This document shows, piece after piece, positions 33,474 to 44,765 of a DNA stretch of 64,000 nucleotides. The stretch is from an uncultured Flavobacteriales bacterium (GTDB taxonomy: Bacteria > Bacteroidota > Bacteroidia > Flavobacteriales > BACL11). The DNA lies in the NCBI GenBank assembly GCA_905181635.1, contig CAJIYM010000004.1, forward strand, positions 8,642 through 72,641, given 5' to 3'. Within the stretch, counting starts at the first letter, position 1, and each line of letters starts with the position of its first letter. Made by a program: the position numbers and the translations under genes. The notes beneath the pieces are model-generated. The model did not search any database. It saw only the letters and a program-made list of their open reading frames with translations, and was not told where the DNA came from.

Positions 33474-35879
33474 TTAAAACTCTATTAATAGCCCAATACT
33501 AGGCAAACGTGTTCCAGAACTATTAATGATTTCATATAAGGGGTAGCTATCTGAATTCTCACCAGTACCCTCTACTAAAGGACCTAAATTTGGATCTATT
33601 CCATATTCAGATGGCAACTGATTTTTTGCATTTAAAATGTTTTCAATATCGATATAAGCATTTAAAGTCCAAGATTTAAAGAACCATTTCTTATCAATTC
33701 TAATGTCAATTCCATGCTGGCTGCTTAAGCGTTGGGTGTTTAATAAATTATAATCTAGCACACCTCTTTGATTAATATCCCAAATACTTTTATCACTTGA
33801 ATTAATTAAATCTATAGGTGTGTAGGGTGATCCACCTGAATAACGATACTTAATTCCTAGCTCAATATTATTCTTAAACTTTTTACCAGCTGTCATATTT
33901 AGTATAAATCTATTATCCCATTTAGATGAAATCAGTTGTCCTTCTTTATCTTCAAATCTACTGCGATAATATGTTACTGATAGTATTCCGTAAATACTTG
34001 AACTCATTTTTTGTTGTGCTAAAAGTTCTATTCCATAACTATTACCTTTTGATATAGATGATATATCCTCGTTACCAATTACACCAAAGTCATCTCCTAA
34101 ATTTGCCAGTGATATACTATCAAGTATTGAAAAGGGATAATTATTATAGCTCTTATAAAATGACTCTAATGTGATTTTACTATAGCTAGTAGGATTATAT
34201 TCAATTCCTATCACCGCATGGTCACAAGAAATATATGCAGCATCTTTGTTAAGATAATTGCCATTATTTTCAAATCCTAATATGGTATAGGAAGGTAATT
34301 GATGAAATCTTCCAACATTACTATTAATACTTGCTTTACTATTAAGATTATAAGCCAATGATAATCTTGGAGAAAGATTAGGGGAATTTGCATTGTCAGT
34401 AAATGAATTCCCATCTATTCTTAAGCCAAATGAAGAGGTTAGTTTATTTTCAAAATATGCTTTACTAATTTGTGTGAAAAATCCATATTTTATGAAATGT
34501 AAATTAACATTATTAATTCCAGTAACAACACTATTACCAACAGTAAATGTCTGAGTAGTATTATTTTTATAAGAAGCATCTTCTAAATTAGATCCAATTA
34601 TAATTGAATAATCATTTTTTTTAAAATTATATTCTAATCGTGTTTTGTTTTCAATTTCTTCTGACTTATAATCTAAAATCTTTTGCGAATTATCATCTGC
34701 ATAATCTAAGTATTTTAAAGCAGTATTATTAAGATGATTTCTACTCATCACAAAAAAGAGGTTGGAGTTATCAAAGAAATGTCTCCAAGTAGCTCCAATG
34801 GTGTAATTCCATTGCTTATTTATAACTAAATTATTTAAAAAATAATTATTTAGTGCAATTTGAATTGTATCTTCTTCACCTTTATTAATATCTGTATTAA
34901 GAGTGAAGTCATCAATTGTAGCTATTCCAAGAAAGTTAAACTGATTCTTTTTATTTGGCTTAAAAGTATATTTAAACTGCATATCATTATAAGTTGGTAA
35001 AAAAGGTAATTTTAATGCTTGGAATAAAAATTGTAAGTATGATCTTCTAAGTGATAACAAGAGTGTAGAATTTTTTGATAGCGGCGTGTTTAATGTGAGT
35101 CCAGCATCGCTGGATCCAAGAGAAAATGAACCGCTTATTTCTTCTTCATTACCTTCAATAAGCTTTAGTTCCATTACAGAACTAAGTGCATTACCTCGGT
35201 TTGCAGGAAAGGCCCCAGTGTAAAAATCCACTTCTCTAATAAAATTAACATTTAAAATACCTACTGGACCTCCGGATGATCCTTGAGTAGTAAAATGATT
35301 GATAGTTGGTATTTCAATCCCATCTAAGAAAAATTTGTTTTCAGATGGTGAACCTCCTCTAACAATAATATCATTTCGAAAACCTGAAGATGTAGCCACT
35401 CCAGGCAAATTTGCTACTACTTTAGAAATATCTCTATTTCCCCCAGCACTTTTAGAAATCTCTGAAGCATTAATCGTTCGTAAACTTACAGGGCTAGCTT
35501 TTGTTTTATTAAAGGTATTTCCTTTAACATTTACTTCACCAAGAATTTCTGAATTTTCACTAAGAAAAAAATCAAGCCTGAGGTTTTTGTTAGAACTTAC
35601 CTTTATTTCTGATTGAATCTCAGTATTAAATCCAATATAACTACATTTAAAATTATAAGCTCCAGCATTTACATTTAAAATCACATAGTTTCCATCTATA
35701 TCAGATGTAGCGCCAACTGTAGTTCCTTCAATAATAATGTTTGAAAAGGGTATCGGCTCGTTATTCAAAGCATTAGTTATTGAACCATATACTTTAACAT
35801 TTTGAGATGATACAGTATTAGATAATGCAATAAAGCTAATCAATAAAATAATAGCTCTTATAGATACTTTTTTCTTCAT
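33474..35879 (-). CDS. TonB-dependent receptor with an N-terminal carboxypeptidase-regulatory-like domain
   Basis: Signal peptide, a CarbopepD_reg-like start (VKVYGSITNALNNEPIPFSNIII), a plug (DISKVVANLPGV, IIVRGGSPSENKFFLDGIEI), a long beta-barrel, and a C-terminal aromatic residue (...LLIEF). Confidence 0.85.
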   Translation of the reverse strand: MKKKVSIRAIILLISFIALSNTVSSQNVKVYGSITNALNNEPIPFSNIIIEGTTVGATSDIDGNYVILNVNAGAYNFKCSYIGFNTEIQSEIKVSSNKNLRLDFFLSENSEILGEVNVKGNTFNKTKASPVSLRTINASEISKSAGGNRDISKVVANLPGVATSSGFRNDIIVRGGSPSENKFFLDGIEIPTINHFTTQGSSGGPVGILNVNFIREVDFYTGAFPANRGNALSSVMELKLIEGNEEEISGSFSLGSSDAGLTLNTPLSKNSTLLLSLRRSYLQFLFQALKLPFLPTYNDMQFKYTFKPNKKNQFNFLGIATIDDFTLNTDINKGEEDTIQIALNNYFLNNLVINKQWNYTIGATWRHFFDNSNLFFVMSRNHLNNTALKYLDYADDNSQKILDYKSEEIENKTRLEYNFKKNDYSIIIGSNLEDASYKNNTTQTFTVGNSVVTGINNVNLHFIKYGFFTQISKAYFENKLTSSFGLRIDGNSFTDNANSPNLSPRLSLAYNLNSKASINSNVGRFHQLPSYTILGFENNGNYLNKDAAYISCDHAVIGIEYNPTSYSKITLESFYKSYNNYPFSILDSISLANLGDDFGVIGNEDISSISKGNSYGIELLAQQKMSSSIYGILSVTYYRSRFEDKEGQLISSKWDNRFILNMTAGKKFKNNIELGIKYRYSGGSPYTPIDLINSSDKSIWDINQRGVLDYNLLNTQRLSSQHGIDIRIDKKWFFKSWTLNAYIDIENILNAKNQLPSEYGIDPNLGPLVEGTGENSDSYPLYEIINSSGTRLPSIGLLIEF

Positions 35880-36086
35880 TCTTTAATTTTTAGATTTTTT
35901 AATTTGCAAATTTAATAAATCTATTTCTAAAGAGTATTTTTTTTCTAGTTAGGTTATACGGCTTATGCAGATTTAATAAAATATAGTAATTCTAAGATAT
36001 TCAAATTAATTTTTTGAGTTTGGGTTGTATTCTGCTGTATCTTTAAATAAAATTATATCTTCTTAATAAAATGAGTTAAAATTCAA

Positions 36087-37127
36087 CTATTTTTTAAAAG
36101 GACTTCTTTTTATCCAATTTTTAATTCTAAGTCTTTTAAGAATTGGTTTAAGAAAGATATTTAAATATCTGTTTTTTAATTTAACATAAATATAAGATCT
36201 AATTGGTACTGCTCCAAAATTACTCTTAAATTCGTTAGCAGTTCTTCCAAAAACAACTTTATTCATTTGAAGATTTATTCCATTATTAATAGTTTCGATT
36301 AACAGTCTACCATATATTGGAAAAGTTTTATTTAAAGACTTATCAAATCCAGCATAATAAGAATATAACGTCTTGTCTTGATGAATTTCAGATGAAAAAG
36401 CAATAATATTATTATTAAGAAAATATCCGTAGACTTTAAAAATATCTTTTTTCACTAATACGGATAAAGAATTAGTATTAAATAAAGGGCCAGTAAATTT
36501 TGATTCATTTATAACCTGAGTAAATAAATCTTGAATATTATCAGCATAAAAAACTAGGTCATCAGAATTAAGAGATCTAACTTCTAATTGATTAGTTAAA
36601 TTAATAATTTTTATTACTTTTTTTCGATATTTATTTTTTAAATCAGCAATATAATTATCTAGCAAAAACCACCTATTGCTTATCTCCAAAATCATTTCTT
36701 CTTCAACTTCAATTTTAGAGAATTCGTTCTTATCAACGGTAATATTCTTAAAAACGAAATCAGGAATAATTAACAGGGAATAATTATATTGAAGGACAAA
36801 AAGAAATTCCTTAAGACTAATCTTACTATTTGAAAAAAATGCAGGTATATTAGTAAGAAATGAATTTGAAAGATAAAGAACATCAAACTTTAAAAATTTA
36901 ATAAAAAACCCTAAAAACTTATTGTGAATATAATTTGCTGTTTTTCCAAAATTAAGTTCGAAAATATGAGCATATAGTCTAATTTTAGTATCAAAAATAA
37001 ATAAGTGTTTAATTTTTGGATGATTAATATAAAAAATCTCTAAGAAAGAACTATGAAGAAAGTCACTTGAATTAACTTTATCCCAGCCCTCCTTTATCTT
37101 ACTTATATTAGTTATTACCTTCAGCAA
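36087..37127 (-). CDS. Hypothetical protein, possibly a FemAB/GNAT-like acyltransferase
   Basis: The C-terminal half (YSYYAGFDKS...GRLLIETINNGINLQMNKVVFGRTANEFKSNFGA) resembles FemAB-like GNAT proteins. Weak call. Confidence 0.35.
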   Translation of the reverse strand: MLKVITNISKIKEGWDKVNSSDFLHSSFLEIFYINHPKIKHLFIFDTKIRLYAHIFELNFGKTANYIHNKFLGFFIKFLKFDVLYLSNSFLTNIPAFFSNSKISLKEFLFVLQYNYSLLIIPDFVFKNITVDKNEFSKIEVEEEMILEISNRWFLLDNYIADLKNKYRKKVIKIINLTNQLEVRSLNSDDLVFYADNIQDLFTQVINESKFTGPLFNTNSLSVLVKKDIFKVYGYFLNNNIIAFSSEIHQDKTLYSYYAGFDKSLNKTFPIYGRLLIETINNGINLQMNKVVFGRTANEFKSNFGAVPIRSYIYVKLKNRYLNIFLKPILKRLRIKNWIKRSPFKK

Positions 37128-37128
37128 T

Positions 37129-38364
37129 CTAAATCTTAGACATAATATTCAACACTGATATATCTGGCATAATACCTACCCTACCAGCATATCCTAAATG
37201 ACCTAAACCTCTATTAACATATATTTGTTTTCCTTCATTTTCATATAATCCAGCCCACTCCTTATATCGAAACTTTACTGGACTCCATTTAAAGCCTGGT
37301 ATTTCAATACCAAATTGCATTCCATGAGTATGTCCAGATAATTGTAGATCAATTTTATAATCACTTTTCAAAACCACCTCACTCCAATGAGAAGGATCGT
37401 GTGATAGCAATAAAGTTGGCAGAGTATCATCAACAATACTCATAGCAGCAGCTAAATCTCCATCTTTATTGAAATTACCAGCACCCCAATTTTCAACACC
37501 TACAATATTAAATTTATTTTCACCTTTAGAAATAACTCTTGACTCATTTAACAACAGATCAAAGCCAACCTCCTTTTCAAGCTCTAATAATTTTTTAAAA
37601 TTTGTTTTCCATTCTTGTGAATCTCTTTTTAGCATTACATAATCACAATAATCATGATTACCTAAAATTGATATTTTACCATCCTTTGATTTTATTCTTT
37701 TTAAGGCATCAATATAAGGAATTGCCTCATCATAAAAATTATTAACCAAATCACCTGTAAATACTACTAAATCAGCATTTTCAGCATTAATCATTTCGAT
37801 AGCTTCATTAAATTTATCAATATTATTAAAACTTCCTAAATGAAGATCAGATATATGAATTATTTTATAATTATTAAGAGCCACTGGCCAATGCTCTATA
37901 AAGATATTTTGATAATTCTTTTTAAAATTATATCTACCCCATTTCATTCCAATTAACAGAGTAGAAAATAATACACCTGAAAAAAGAAGCGCAGATTTTT
38001 TTAAAAAATCTAAACGCTTAACATCATGAATACTATAATTAGCATTAAAAAGACTTATAACAACCTTAAACAATCTTAAAATATCATCAAATAATAATGG
38101 TATAGATCCAATTAATTTAGAAATAAATAAAATACCAATTAAGCTTGTGAAAATCACATTATTAGTAGAACGAACTGATGGAGTAGATTGACTATAATTA
38201 ATTGAAACATTTACAATTATAACATATATCAAAAGTGATAAAAACCAATATAAAAATTTGTAAAAAATTTCATTATTTAAAAATTTATTAACTATTGAAA
38301 CTGTCCCTAAATAAAAATAAATATCTATAACAAAAAGAAAAAGTAGAATAACAAGTAATTTCAT
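37129..38364 (-). CDS. Membrane-anchored metallophosphoesterase (YkuE-like)
   Basis: 4-5 N-terminal TM helices, then calcineurin-like motifs ISDLHLG, FTGDLV, GNHD and SGHTHG. Confidence 0.85.
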   Translation of the reverse strand: MKLLVILLFLFVIDIYFYLGTVSIVNKFLNNEIFYKFLYWFLSLLIYVIIVNVSINYSQSTPSVRSTNNVIFTSLIGILFISKLIGSIPLLFDDILRLFKVVISLFNANYSIHDVKRLDFLKKSALLFSGVLFSTLLIGMKWGRYNFKKNYQNIFIEHWPVALNNYKIIHISDLHLGSFNNIDKFNEAIEMINAENADLVVFTGDLVNNFYDEAIPYIDALKRIKSKDGKISILGNHDYCDYVMLKRDSQEWKTNFKKLLELEKEVGFDLLLNESRVISKGENKFNIVGVENWGAGNFNKDGDLAAAMSIVDDTLPTLLLSHDPSHWSEVVLKSDYKIDLQLSGHTHGMQFGIEIPGFKWSPVKFRYKEWAGLYENEGKQIYVNRGLGHLGYAGRVGIMPDISVLNIMSKI

Positions 38365-38477
38365 TTTGCAAGAATAAGAATTTTGACTACCAAAACAATA
38401 GTTAACTTATTTAATTATAAACATCGTAATGAAAATAAATATTAAAATTATTAAAATATTTTATTAAAAAAATGCTT

Positions 38478-38493
38478 GTTAGTGTTTACTAAC
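38478..38493. promoter_or_regulatory. Candidate TetR operator palindrome GTTAGT-gttt-ACTAAC
   Basis: Perfect 6-4-6 palindrome 19 nt upstream of the tetR ATG, in the divergent intergenic region. Confidence 0.45.
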
Positions 38494-38511
38494 TTTTAGT
38501 ACTTTTACAAA

Positions 38512-39093
38512 ATGAATTTCACAACAAGACAAGTTGAAATAATTGAGGCTTCTAAATATTTAATTGGAAACAAAGGAATACAGAATCTTACAATAAAAAA
38601 TTTGGCAAAAAAAATGTCTTTTTCAGAACCAGCTATTTATCGTCACTTTAAAGATAAAACAGAAATCTTAAAAGCCCTTCTCCTATTTCATAGAGAGATA
38701 ATTAAAAGTGAAATAATAAAAATATTAGACTCTGAAAAACCCTCACTAGTTAAGATTCAAGAAATTTTTAAATTTAAGTTTAAACATATTGAAAAGAATC
38801 CTGCTTTTGTAATGATAATATTTTCAGAAACTTCTTTTCAATATTGTAGCATCTTATCTTCAATAGTATCTAAGATAATGGAACAAAGATCAAAAAAAAT
38901 AATCGATCTATTAAAGGAAGGGCAGAAGAATAATGAGATAAGAAATGATGTAGAAGCAGAACAATTAGCAACAATTATTATGGGGGGAATCAGAAAAACA
39001 ATACTTAGCTGGAAATTAGAAGGGTTTAAATCCGACCTTAATTTGGAAGGAGAAAAATTATGGATCACAATTCAAAAATTAATTAAGAAATGA
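38512..39093 (+). CDS. TetR/AcrR-family transcriptional regulator
   Basis: N-terminal HTH LTIKNLAKKMSFSEPAIYRHFKDK. First gene of the efflux operon. Confidence 0.85.
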   Translation: MNFTTRQVEIIEASKYLIGNKGIQNLTIKNLAKKMSFSEPAIYRHFKDKTEILKALLLFHREIIKSEIIKILDSEKPSLVKIQEIFKFKFKHIEKNPAFVMIIFSETSFQYCSILSSIVSKIMEQRSKKIIDLLKEGQKNNEIRNDVEAEQLATIIMGGIRKTILSWKLEGFKSDLNLEGEKLWITIQKLIKK

Positions 39094-40196
39094 AAGAAAA
39101 TAAAAGAAAAATTATAAGGAATTTATTAATAATCGTATTAGCATTTTTGATTATAAAATTTATAATGAGTTTTAAACAAGAGAACATTATAAATAAACTT
39201 TCTGAAACACAAAAATTAGTAAGAACTGAAATAGTTGAACTATCTAATAACACTATAACAATACCTATTTCTGGCAAGCTAAAATCTTTGAATGAAGTTA
39301 ATATTATTTCTGAAGTAAATGGTATTTTTCAAGGAGATAGATTTAAAACAGGAATACATTTCTTAAAAGGAGATACATTAGGTTATATAAAATATGACGA
39401 AATTGAAAATAAGCTTAACAGTCAAAAAAGTAATTTATTAAATCAAGTGTCAAGATTGGTTTCAGAAATTAAATTTGATTATCCTAAGTCTTATGATACT
39501 TGGTTAAATTTTATGAATAATATTCAATTCAACAAACCTCTTCCTAACTTACCAAAAATAACTAATACAAAATTTAAAAATTATTTGTCAGGCAAAGAGT
39601 TCTACACATCCTATTACTCATCAAAAACAATAGAAGACAAACTAAGAAAGCATATTATAATTAGTGAATTTAATGGAACACTTAGTCAGGTTAATATAAA
39701 ACCTGGAACAATAGTAGTTTTTGGTCAAAAAATAGGAAAGCTTCAAGATCCAAGCGTTCTAGAATTTGAATCAAGCACTAATATTAAAAATACATTACTA
39801 ATACAGAAAAAACAAAATGTTATTATTGAATCTGATGGAGTTGAGGGAATACATTATGGATCTGTTTCAAGAATTAATAAGACAATAGATGAATCATCTC
39901 AAAATATGAGTGTTTTCATACAAACATCAAGCAATAATCTATACAGCGGCATGTATGTTTATGGGAATATAATTGTTGGAGAAAATGAAAATTCTTATTC
40001 AATAAAGAGAAATTTACTTACTAATGATAAAATTTATATTATTAAAGATAATAAACTTATTGAGAAGCAAATAAATATTATTCAAATAACTGATGAAAAA
40101 GCTATTATTACAGGAATTAATAATGGTGATGAAATTCTGAGTGAATCAGTAAAAGGATCATATACAGGCATGAATATTAGAAGACAAAATAAATAA
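39090..40196 (+). CDS. RND efflux periplasmic adaptor (membrane fusion protein)
   Basis: N-terminal TM anchor. Its size and its position between tetR and the RND permease support the call; start and stop overlap the neighbours. Confidence 0.7.
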   Translation: MKENKRKIIRNLLIIVLAFLIIKFIMSFKQENIINKLSETQKLVRTEIVELSNNTITIPISGKLKSLNEVNIISEVNGIFQGDRFKTGIHFLKGDTLGYIKYDEIENKLNSQKSNLLNQVSRLVSEIKFDYPKSYDTWLNFMNNIQFNKPLPNLPKITNTKFKNYLSGKEFYTSYYSSKTIEDKLRKHIIISEFNGTLSQVNIKPGTIVVFGQKIGKLQDPSVLEFESSTNIKNTLLIQKKQNVIIESDGVEGIHYGSVSRINKTIDESSQNMSVFIQTSSNNLYSGMYVYGNIIVGENENSYSIKRNLLTNDKIYIIKDNKLIEKQINIIQITDEKAIITGINNGDEILSESVKGSYTGMNIRRQNK

Positions 40197-43100
40197 TGAG
40201 AAATCTTATAAAATATTTTATAAAATACCCAATAGCTGCAAATGTTATTATGTTACTGATTATTGTTTTCGGAATAATGGGCTTATCTAATTTACGAAAA
40301 ACTTTTTTCCCTGAAAGAACATCAAAATTAATTTCTGTTCAGGCAGTATATCCAGGAGCATCTCCATTAGAGATAGAGCAAATGGTTACCCTTAAAATTG
40401 AAGATAATCTAGATGGGATAACAGGAATAAAGCGAGTTACATCAAAATCATTAGAGAACTCTAGCAATGTCACAATTGAGATTAATAATGATGCAAATAA
40501 TCAATATGTACTGCAAGATATTAAAAATGCAATAGATAGAATTAGTTCTTTTCCAGACCAAATGGAATCACCTTCCATATTTTTAATGGAAAATTTAAAT
40601 CCTGCAATATCTTTCGCAATAAACGGCGCAGTTAGTCTTAGTCAACTTAAAGATTTAGCTGAAGAAATTGAAGATGATCTTAAGGCTTTAGAGGGAATAT
40701 CAAAAACTAAAATATCTGGATATCCAATTGAAGAAATTGAGATAAGTGTAAGAGAAAATGATCTTAAAAGACTAAATATTACATTTAATGAAATAGATAA
40801 GGCAATTAAAAATGAAAATATTGACATAACCGGAGGAACTATTAAAACAAGTGAAGAAAATTATAAAATCAGAAGTAATAATAAGCAATATAAAGACAAT
40901 GAAATTGAAAAAATAATTGTTAAAAAAATTAAAAATAGAATTGTTCAAATTAAAGATGTAGCTAATGTTAAAAGAATATGGAAAGATGAAGCTAATAGAA
41001 AATTTTTTAATAAAAAGAAAGGTGTTGTAATAGAAGTCTTTAATACCAATAACGAGGACATTAGTATAGTCGCAAGTAAAACAAGAGCATATATAGATAG
41101 TTTTAATGCTAGTAATAAAAACATTCAAGCAGATATAATTAAAGATGATTCAATAATTATTGAGCAAAGAATCGCTTTGCTAACTAAAAATGGTGTAATT
41201 GGTTTTATACTAGTCTTAATTATATTATCTCTCTTTTTACATCCTAGTTTAGCGTTATGGGTAGCAGTTGCTATTCCAATATCATTTGGCGGAATGTTTA
41301 TTCTTGCATCATTTTTTGGAATTACATTAAATGTAATATCTTTATTTGGAATGATAATTGTTATTGGAATACTTGTAGATGATGGGATAGTTATTGCTGA
41401 AAACATTTACCAACGATACGAAAATGGTGAAGACGCATATAATGCGGCTATTAATGGAACAATGGAAGTTCTTCCTGCTGTTTTTTCGGCTATATTAACA
41501 ACAATTGTGGCTTTCTCTCTTTTCTTTATGCTAGATGGAATGCTAGGAGATTTTTTTCCTGAAATGGGATTTGTTGTAATAGGAACACTCATATTTTCAT
41601 TAATAGAGGGAGCGTTTATATTACCTGCTCATATTGCACATTCAAAAGCATTAAAAGGAATAAATCCAAATAAAAGAATAAAATTAATTTTAGATAAGTC
41701 CACTGGTATTCTTGATAAAATTAAACATAAATATTATGTGCCAGCACTAAACTTTTCTATAAATAACCCATTTACGATTATCTTAATCTCAATTTGTTTA
41801 TTCATCGTTACAATTAGTGCAATGAGTGCAGGCTTAATTAAATCAACTGTTTTCCCAAATATAGAAGGTGATAATATAATCATAAATCTAAAATTTGAAG
41901 CTGGTTCGGCAGAAAGGAAAACTGTAAAATGGATAAATTATATTGAAGAGAAAGTTAAAGAGACAAATGATCAATTGAGCAATGAATTTAATGATGGAAA
42001 ATCATTATTTATCGGAATTGAAAAATCAATTGGAAATACTAAGGCAGTTGATCAATGGTCTCCTGGAACTACTCAGAGCTCTGAAAAAGGTTCATTAAAT
42101 ATCATTCTACTTCCATCAGAAGATAGAAATATTGGAACATCAGAAATTACAAAATATCTAAAAGAAGCTGTTGGAGAGATTCCTGGAACAGAATCTCTTT
42201 CATTTGCAGTAACAGGTCCTTTTGGAAAACCAATAGAGATTGCCCTATTTTCAGATGATAATAATGAATTAAATAATGCTGTTGGTGCATTAAAAGACAA
42301 AATGGAAAGTCTAGATATTCTTAAAAACATACAAAGTAGTGACCAAAAAGGCCTTAAAGAGATTCAATTGACTTTAAAGAATAAAGCCTACCAAATGGGT
42401 CTATCTACATCTGATATACTAAATGAAATCAGAAAAGGATTTTATGGATTAGAATCTCAGAGATTACAAATTGGAACCGATGAAGTCAAAATTTGGATTA
42501 GATATTCTAAAGAGGACAGAAACTCAATATATGATTTAGAAAATATGAGAATAAAGTTGTCTGACAATAATTATCTAGTGAGTGACCTGACTGAGATTGA
42601 AATTAAAAGAGGTTTAATTAGTATAGATCACTTATACGGAAAAAGGTCTGTACAGATCAATGCTGATCTATTAAATCCAAAAATAGATAACCCAATAACA
42701 ATTACATCAGAAATTGAGGAATTTATAAACAGTAATATTAAAACAATGTATCCCTCAATAAAATATTCAGTCGAAGGTCAAATTAGATCTCAAGCTGAAA
42801 CCGGCAATTCATTAAAGTATTCGGGACCTATAGTACTAATATTAATGCTGACTATTATCTTATTGACATTTAGAAGCTTCTTACAAACAATAGCTGTTTT
42901 CATTCTAATACCATTTGGATTCATAGGAGTTGGATGGGGGCATTTTATTCATGATTTTCAATTATCTATGTTTTCCTATTTTGGAATGATTGCTCTTATT
43001 GGTATACTGGTAAATGACTCACTTGTTTTTATAAGTAAATTTAATAGTAATTTAAAAAAAGGTATGCTTTTTAATGATGCACTTATAACAACAGGTATGT

Positions 43101-43381
43101 CGCGCTTTAGACCTATAATATTAACTTCCATAACAACAATAGCTGGACTAGCTCCATTAATATTTGAAAAACAATTACAAGCTCAATTCTTAATACCTAT
43201 GGCAATTGCAATTGCTTACGGATTAGTTATGGCAACACTATTAACATTAATATTTTTACCAGCTATCTTAAAAATTATTAATAAAATTCGATACACAAAA
43301 GAATGGCTATTTACTGGAAAAGAACTTAATGAACAAGATAGAGAACCTGCAATAAAAGAAATAGAATATGAAAAGATATAA
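40196..43381 (+). CDS. RND efflux permease (AcrB/HAE family)
   Basis: 1,061 aa with 12-TM topology and two large periplasmic loops. Conserved blocks GMIIVIGILVDDGIVIAENI and GMIALIGILVNDSLVFI. Confidence 0.93.
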   Translation: MRNLIKYFIKYPIAANVIMLLIIVFGIMGLSNLRKTFFPERTSKLISVQAVYPGASPLEIEQMVTLKIEDNLDGITGIKRVTSKSLENSSNVTIEINNDANNQYVLQDIKNAIDRISSFPDQMESPSIFLMENLNPAISFAINGAVSLSQLKDLAEEIEDDLKALEGISKTKISGYPIEEIEISVRENDLKRLNITFNEIDKAIKNENIDITGGTIKTSEENYKIRSNNKQYKDNEIEKIIVKKIKNRIVQIKDVANVKRIWKDEANRKFFNKKKGVVIEVFNTNNEDISIVASKTRAYIDSFNASNKNIQADIIKDDSIIIEQRIALLTKNGVIGFILVLIILSLFLHPSLALWVAVAIPISFGGMFILASFFGITLNVISLFGMIIVIGILVDDGIVIAENIYQRYENGEDAYNAAINGTMEVLPAVFSAILTTIVAFSLFFMLDGMLGDFFPEMGFVVIGTLIFSLIEGAFILPAHIAHSKALKGINPNKRIKLILDKSTGILDKIKHKYYVPALNFSINNPFTIILISICLFIVTISAMSAGLIKSTVFPNIEGDNIIINLKFEAGSAERKTVKWINYIEEKVKETNDQLSNEFNDGKSLFIGIEKSIGNTKAVDQWSPGTTQSSEKGSLNIILLPSEDRNIGTSEITKYLKEAVGEIPGTESLSFAVTGPFGKPIEIALFSDDNNELNNAVGALKDKMESLDILKNIQSSDQKGLKEIQLTLKNKAYQMGLSTSDILNEIRKGFYGLESQRLQIGTDEVKIWIRYSKEDRNSIYDLENMRIKLSDNNYLVSDLTEIEIKRGLISIDHLYGKRSVQINADLLNPKIDNPITITSEIEEFINSNIKTMYPSIKYSVEGQIRSQAETGNSLKYSGPIVLILMLTIILLTFRSFLQTIAVFILIPFGFIGVGWGHFIHDFQLSMFSYFGMIALIGILVNDSLVFISKFNSNLKKGMLFNDALITTGMSRFRPIILTSITTIAGLAPLIFEKQLQAQFLIPMAIAIAYGLVMATLLTLIFLPAILKIINKIRYTKEWLFTGKELNEQDREPAIKEIEYEKI

Positions 43382-44714
43382 TTTAATCCTAAAGAGAGTG
43401 TTATTACCATTTCTCTTTTTAATTCTTGTAAATCCTATATTTTCACAAGACACTCTAACATTAGAAGAAACTTTCTCAATTGCTATAAAAGAAAACCTTG
43501 ACATTAAGATAAGTGCTAATTATAAAGAAAAGGCAAATAATCTATCAAAAATGGGTAATGCAGGTTTATTACCTAAAGTTAATTTGATAGGTTCAAGCTC
43601 ATATAATCAAGGAAAATCTAGTCTTGATTTTGCAACAAATGATTTTACTAATCTAAAAGATGTATCATCAGAGTCATCAAATATTAATGGTGCTATAGAA
43701 ATTAGCTATAATGTATTTAATGGCTTGGGATCTTTTTATACATATAAAAAACTTAATAAACAAAATGATGTAAAGTCAATAGAGCTTAAGATGCAAATTG
43801 AACAAACATTAATTCAAAGTGCGAAAAATTATTATGATATTGCATTTTTACAAGAGCAATATTCAATAAATATAAAACTTGTTAAAATTTCACTTGAAAG
43901 ATATAAAAGAATTAAAATACAAAATGAATTTGGCAATGCCTCTCACCTTGATGTATTAAGCGCTGAAATTGACCTGAATAACGATAGTATTAACCTAATA
44001 AGCACATCAATAGAATTAAATAATTCTAAGACTATTTTAAATCAAATACTTAATAGACAAATTGATACTGATTTTATTGTTAATCAAAAAGTAAATATTA
44101 ATAAGAATTTGAAATATTTAATACTAAAAGAACAAGTTCTCAGTAATAATAATATTATTCAATTACAACAAAATAAATTAGAAATTGCAGAGACAAATAA
44201 AAAAATAACAAGAAGTAATTTTATGCCAAAAATTAATTTGAGTGGACAATATGGATATACTAATATGCAAAGTAATACAAGTATAATAACAGACCAAACT
44301 AGTTTGGGAACTACAGGCTATATTAATTTATCATGGAATCTATTTGATGGCTTTTCAAAGCATTCAATGTTACAAAACGCTAAAATTGACATTGAATCAA
44401 GTAAAGTACAATTAGAAGGAATTAAAAATGAAATAAATAAAGATTTAAGCAATACATTTAATCAATATGCTAATAATATAAATTTAATAGAAATAGAAAC
44501 GAGAAATCTAGCTACAGCTGAAAAATTCTTTACTAGAGCGAAAGAACAGTTCTATCAAGGGCAGTTAAGTAGAAATGATTTTAGAATAGCTCAAGTTGAC
44601 TTAGGCCGATCAAAAAATAGATTAAATAGAAGTAATTATATTACAAAAATTGCAGAATTAAATTTGTACAGATTGTCAGCACAAATTATTCAAATTAATA
44701 GTGAAAAAAAATAA
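43368..44714 (+). CDS. TolC-like outer membrane efflux protein
   Basis: Signal peptide, a two-fold repeated OEP architecture, and the typical opening LTLEETFSIAIKENLDIK. Confidence 0.85.
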   Translation: MKRYNLILKRVLLPFLFLILVNPIFSQDTLTLEETFSIAIKENLDIKISANYKEKANNLSKMGNAGLLPKVNLIGSSSYNQGKSSLDFATNDFTNLKDVSSESSNINGAIEISYNVFNGLGSFYTYKKLNKQNDVKSIELKMQIEQTLIQSAKNYYDIAFLQEQYSINIKLVKISLERYKRIKIQNEFGNASHLDVLSAEIDLNNDSINLISTSIELNNSKTILNQILNRQIDTDFIVNQKVNINKNLKYLILKEQVLSNNNIIQLQQNKLEIAETNKKITRSNFMPKINLSGQYGYTNMQSNTSIITDQTSLGTTGYINLSWNLFDGFSKHSMLQNAKIDIESSKVQLEGIKNEINKDLSNTFNQYANNINLIEIETRNLATAEKFFTRAKEQFYQGQLSRNDFRIAQVDLGRSKNRLNRSNYITKIAELNLYRLSAQIIQINSEKK

Positions 44715-44765
44715 GGTTACAGCTTTTTAAATATTAAAAAACATATAAACTGAAAGATCATTAAA

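Noticed and set aside
35880-36086. A cobalamin riboswitch upstream of the TonB-dependent receptor next to the B12-dependent regulator locus
   Set aside because: The 200-nt leader is almost pure A/T. It has no B12-box-like GCCACTG element and no GC-rich helices. Nothing supports a BtuB assignment for this receptor.
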